Source: Bugula neritina (Eukaryota; Animalia; Bryozoa). Taken from it: DNA of 64,000 bases. The notes under the pieces are model-generated. The model worked only from the letters and a program-made list of their open reading frames with translations, was not told the DNA's origin and did no database searches. Location: assembly GCA_964035545.1 (NCBI GenBank), contig OZ037765.1, positions 17,856,995 to 17,920,994 of the forward strand. Reading direction: 5' to 3'. Below, piece by piece: positions 60,001 to 64,000 of the stretch. The position numbers were made by a program, and so were the translations under genes. Positions within the stretch are counted from its first letter, which is position 1. Each line of letters starts with the position of its first letter.

Positions 60001-63000
60001 TGATTATCATGAATAACCAGTGAGCAGGCATAAATCATAGCATCAGCAGAGCTATAGTGAGTTGAGCTACGATAATAAGTTATATCAAAAGATATAAAAT
60101 GTAAAGGCTGGAGTTAAGTAGAAGGCCACAAATAGACGATACATAACACAACAAAATCACACGTCATTACTAAGAAGTTAACTTATCCATGTAACAATTT
60201 AACATACCGATAGTTTCTAACTAGAGCAAGTTCATAGAAACCAACCAAATCTTTTAAAACATTCCTTCATTAGACAGGCCCAAAATGAAAATCACCTCTT
60301 TTGTGCTTAAAACTTGTGCAGTCTTGCAAACTTGCTCTTTTGATACACTTGTTTATAAATTATGGGCCAAATTCTATTTAAACAAATAGAAAAGGGCAAA
60401 CTGCACTGGTGAGTTTTGCACAGGTCAGTAAAATATTTTTGAGACTCTGGATGGGCCAGAAGCCTTACAACCAGGTATGAGCCACCCATTAGCTTAAGTT
60501 CACATTAATCTACTCACATGCCAAACTGATGTTGACAGTGCACCAAGTATTGACATGTGTTGGGCTGGTACATCAAGTTGGAAGACTTCAGTAAGTCTAT
60601 AGAGTTAGAGTAGGGTGCATAATTTAACCCAATTGCATCCTTATATTTTGGTTATTTGGGTGAAATTGTGGAGATGGCTAGAAACAGCACTGAGTTGGGG
60701 AATGAATGAGCGTAGAGTTTGTATAGAGTATAGATATTGGTGCCCAAAGTCCAAACCCCAATCACTGCACTCAGTGATCACCAGTTCGGTGCTGCTTCAA
60801 GCTATTTCCAATAATTGTTGCTAGTAGGATACAAAAGTTAATTATTAACAGTGCAGCGTGATCTATTACTGCCTTAAAAAAGGGTTAATATTTAGGGCTA
60901 ATAAGTTTGACATTATAATAGAGAGGCTCACTCAACATTGCCAAGTAAATTGGTGTCCAAAGGATCAACTACTGTAGATGACCATTGTTAGCATGCTGCA
61001 GTAGTTAATTTTCAACTTGTATGCTCCAGATACATAACTATACATAACTAAGATTTCCTGATTTCATCAGCTCAACATTTGCAGAAAAAATATTTTGATG
61101 GCTGGCACTAGGTATTTATGTAGTAACTGAACAAGATTTGGCATACTAGCAAGCCATGGGTGCTAGAGGTTTGGCATTGCTAAAACCACAAAAAGGCTGC
61201 TATACAATAGAATGTTTCCCTGAGCAAAAAACATTGAGACAGCCAAGCCAAGTTTTCAACATTCTCTTGCTGACAAAAGTCTGAAAGATGCACTTATTGA
61301 ATTACATATACAAAGTACAGAAATATGTTTTTGGGATTAGCATGTTTATTTTATTACTTGATTCATTTTTTCAGGGTTTTTGAACATATAAAATGTGCCG
61401 GTTTTGAAGCCAGTGTGTAAAATATCTGCACCCACTGGTAATCCAACTGCAGACCGCTGGCTTGCAAGCTTACCATTATACCAGAGGGGCTACCGAGGAA
61501 TCTCAACACTAGAGTGCGTGGGGGGGGGGCAGTTGGCTGCTGTATTAACAAACTGTCCTGACTGGACCTTAACCTAATTGAGAATTGACCAAAAATGACT
61601 TAGGAGCAAATGAAAGCCACCTCTCACCCAAACAATATCGAACACCAATGGGGTGTATTTTATATCCTTAAACCTACTGCTCCATATATCCTCCTAATGC
61701 TAGATTAGGCAATATTCATTTTGAATGCTATTATCAACATCTCAATGCAGTTTAGAAAAGAATTTAATCATAAATATTTGGCATAGTAACAAATTAGTTT
61801 TCAAGAAGTCTGGTAGCTTCACTAGGTCAATAGACTTTAGCATAAACATCACTATAACTGAAAGTCAAAAACACTTATCCTACTATCCCGTCAATTTACC
61901 TGGGTATCGTGCTCTACCAAATCTTGATCCCACAATGCTAGCAAACGAATCCCCTATCCCCAAAGAGGTGATGCCAGACAGTAGTGTCATATCACCTTCT
62001 ACAAAGTGGTAATATAAGTATAACCATCTAAAACATAACAAATATATATATAATGTAATTTCATGAAAATATAATAATTATGAATTAACTTGGTAGAGTA
62101 GTGCTCAGCCATACAGAGCTGGTTATTATCATCAGCATTCTGAGCCATAATTGACTGACACTTGACAATCCTGATAATTAATTAAAAAAAGGTGTTAACT
62201 CAAATACTTGGTGCTTGCATTCCCAAACTTAGGATAGTTCTAGTAAAATATAAGGTGCAAAACCACAACTTTTTCTACAGAAACCACTAAAGTCCCAATA
62301 GCATAAAAATAATAACTACAGCTAGCAGGCAGCGTAGTTTAACACAGGCTAAGTTTTAACTTTAGATGCCAGCACCAACTGAATCAAAAGCTTCATTGTT
62401 AGCAGCAGTAGTATTACATCATATTTCAGGATACAAATCCTCTATAACTATTTTACTGACAACAGTGCACGATATACCTTTAATATTTGAACACATAATA
62501 CAAAGCATTATCTTCTCCTCAGTCCAAGATTAAATGCCTTAAACTAAAGTCTATGACAACATTTAAAATCAATCACATTTAGGAGGAAGTATGACTAACA
62601 TGGGGCCAATACAGCTAGACATATCCTCTATGCACCTCTCAGTTCCTGATAACAAACTGTGTAGGCACACAGGTTTAATAGAACCCAAACTACTGGCACT
62701 GGTTATGTCCATTTATTGGTATTAGAAAACAGAACTCTGTGAAATAGGATCAGCAAAAGATATTATAATAGTCTCAGTCTTGAGCAGCTTCTGATTATAG
62801 ACCGAGTGATCACCAGGCACCCAGCATAAACTAATATTTCTTAGTAAAACTATTAGAGCTCTAAGAAGCTTATAAAACACAATTAATATTTTATGTGCTG
62901 TGGCTATCTGGGTCAACTTATATGGTTATTTGAAACAGAAACTGCCAACGGGTCATGCACACGTCATAGTAATTCAGTAGAAATTCACGATCTCCCTGAT

Positions 63001-63933
63001 AGTATAAAACTTGTTTATTTGGGAAAGAATGTTACGATACCATGAAGTATGACTGTGCAGTTTAATTTCCCACAGAACTATAATAATTGATCTAACAGTA
63101 ACTAAGCCCAAATTTACTGAAGCATACGTGATGGATAGCCAAGTGGCGTGATATTATTATGTGCTGTGATGTCAGATGTCATCAGAATAAACTATATATA
63201 TATATATATATTTATTATTATTGAGAAATACCAAACCAAAAACAAGTTTAGTGTTGCTATAGAGACAGCTAGATAAAAGTGGCTGAAGCTAGTAGACAGT
63301 GACTTGTCTAGTAAATTGGCAGTTGAAGAAAACCTGGTATCAGGTTCGGTGTTGATGTGCACAGTCTATTTATGGCATTTGACCAGAATACTTCAAGGAC
63401 TTTAACACCATTACCAGACTTTATACTGAAGAGTAAACCTCCAACTTCCAAACCTGTGCAACCCAGTGAGATGCCAACCCACTTAGATAAGTATTTATAT
63501 AAGATGCATAGAAATGCATGACTATGTTTTTCTTTAAACAAACAACTGGCCCATTTAGGTGTAGCAGTGGAAAAATTGAGATAGCCCAAGTTCTTTAAAT
63601 ACATTTATTTATAGATTTTGGTTTGGAGCGCAGGTGGAAACTTTGTGGGTTGAAAGTTTTGCGAGAACATAACTTCTTTTGCTACATTTCTAATCTAGAA
63701 CACAGGCTAATATCAATTTCTTCATTACTGCACCTATAACAGCAACTGGCCAATGAGCTGCAGACCAGGCAAACTCACCTGAAAGCTGAGCTGGCAGAGC
63801 AAACCATAGGGGAAGGGAGCATCCAAGAAGCAGGTAAATGTGAGTGAGTACTAGACAACCTGCATCTTGTTTGTCAAGAAAAATCTGCAGTGCACTACCC
63901 AGTTGTGAGCCGAAGGGTGGCAACTGGCTGTAT
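57092..63933 (-). CDS. DOLK: Dolichol kinase, 3' four exons (5' part beyond the window)
   Basis: Exons 63933-63779 (FLDKQDAGCLVLTHIYLLLGCSLPLW), 61998-61900 (GITSLGIGDSFASIVGSRFGR), 59752-59672 (GSKKTVEG) and 57213-57092 (LESCTQHIDNLVLPL...VV*) are phase-compatible and carry the DOLK/SEC59 motifs. Confidence 0.93.
61417..61502 (-). mobile_element. Diverged copy of tRNA-derived repeat family 2
   Basis: The minus strand AGCCCCTCTGGTATAATGGTAAGCTTGCAAGCCAGCGGTCTGCAGTTGGATTACCAGTGGGTGCAGATATTTTAC aligns with 38881-38963. Confidence 0.6.
62780..62916 (-). mobile_element. Possible decayed non-LTR retrotransposon RNase H fragment in a DOLK intron
   Basis: ISLCWVPGDH resembles the RNase H (I/V)xxxWVPGH motif. 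This single motif is the only support. Confidence 0.25.
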
Positions 63934-64000
63934 CTAACAAACTAAAAACATCAGCATTCATTGTTACATCTGATAAAAATAGCAATGCAATGCAACAAAT

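Noticed and set aside
63308-63604. 98-aa minus ORF and overlapping short plus ORF in a DOLK intron
   Set aside because: No recognisable motif; it is not needed for the DOLK frame and has no convincing partner exons.

Overview
This is AT-rich, intron-containing animal DNA, probably from an invertebrate; the taxon cannot be determined from the window. All gene models were built by hand from GT-AG boundaries and phase continuity. From left to right: (1) A ~7 kb tandem duplication carries two apparently intact copies of an unrecognised 6-exon, ~206 aa gene on the minus strand. It also holds a third partial copy of that gene's last exon and a stranded, frameshifted copy of the last exon of the neighbouring P450. 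(2) A complete 7-exon, 506 aa microsomal cytochrome P450 (minus) has lost the I-helix acid-alcohol pair and has divergent C-helix and heme motifs. (3) An unrecognised gene (minus) encodes ten tandem RASS(I/V/L)AP repeats. (4) A ~20-exon transmembrane channel-like (TMC) gene (minus) has one splice acceptor amplified 14-fold by a 31-bp minisatellite. (5) A triple C2H2 zinc-finger protein gene (plus) has a single coding exon and ends in a PLDLT motif. (6) The last four exons of dolichol kinase (minus) close the window. Interspersed are two tRNA-derived repeat families, a PIF/Harbinger-type MITE, a hAT-type MITE nested in a SINE, several microsatellites and short perfect fold-backs. There are no prokaryotic features. 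The best leads are the atypical P450 with its duplicated terminal exon and linked orphan gene family, the splice-acceptor minisatellite, and the RASS-repeat protein.
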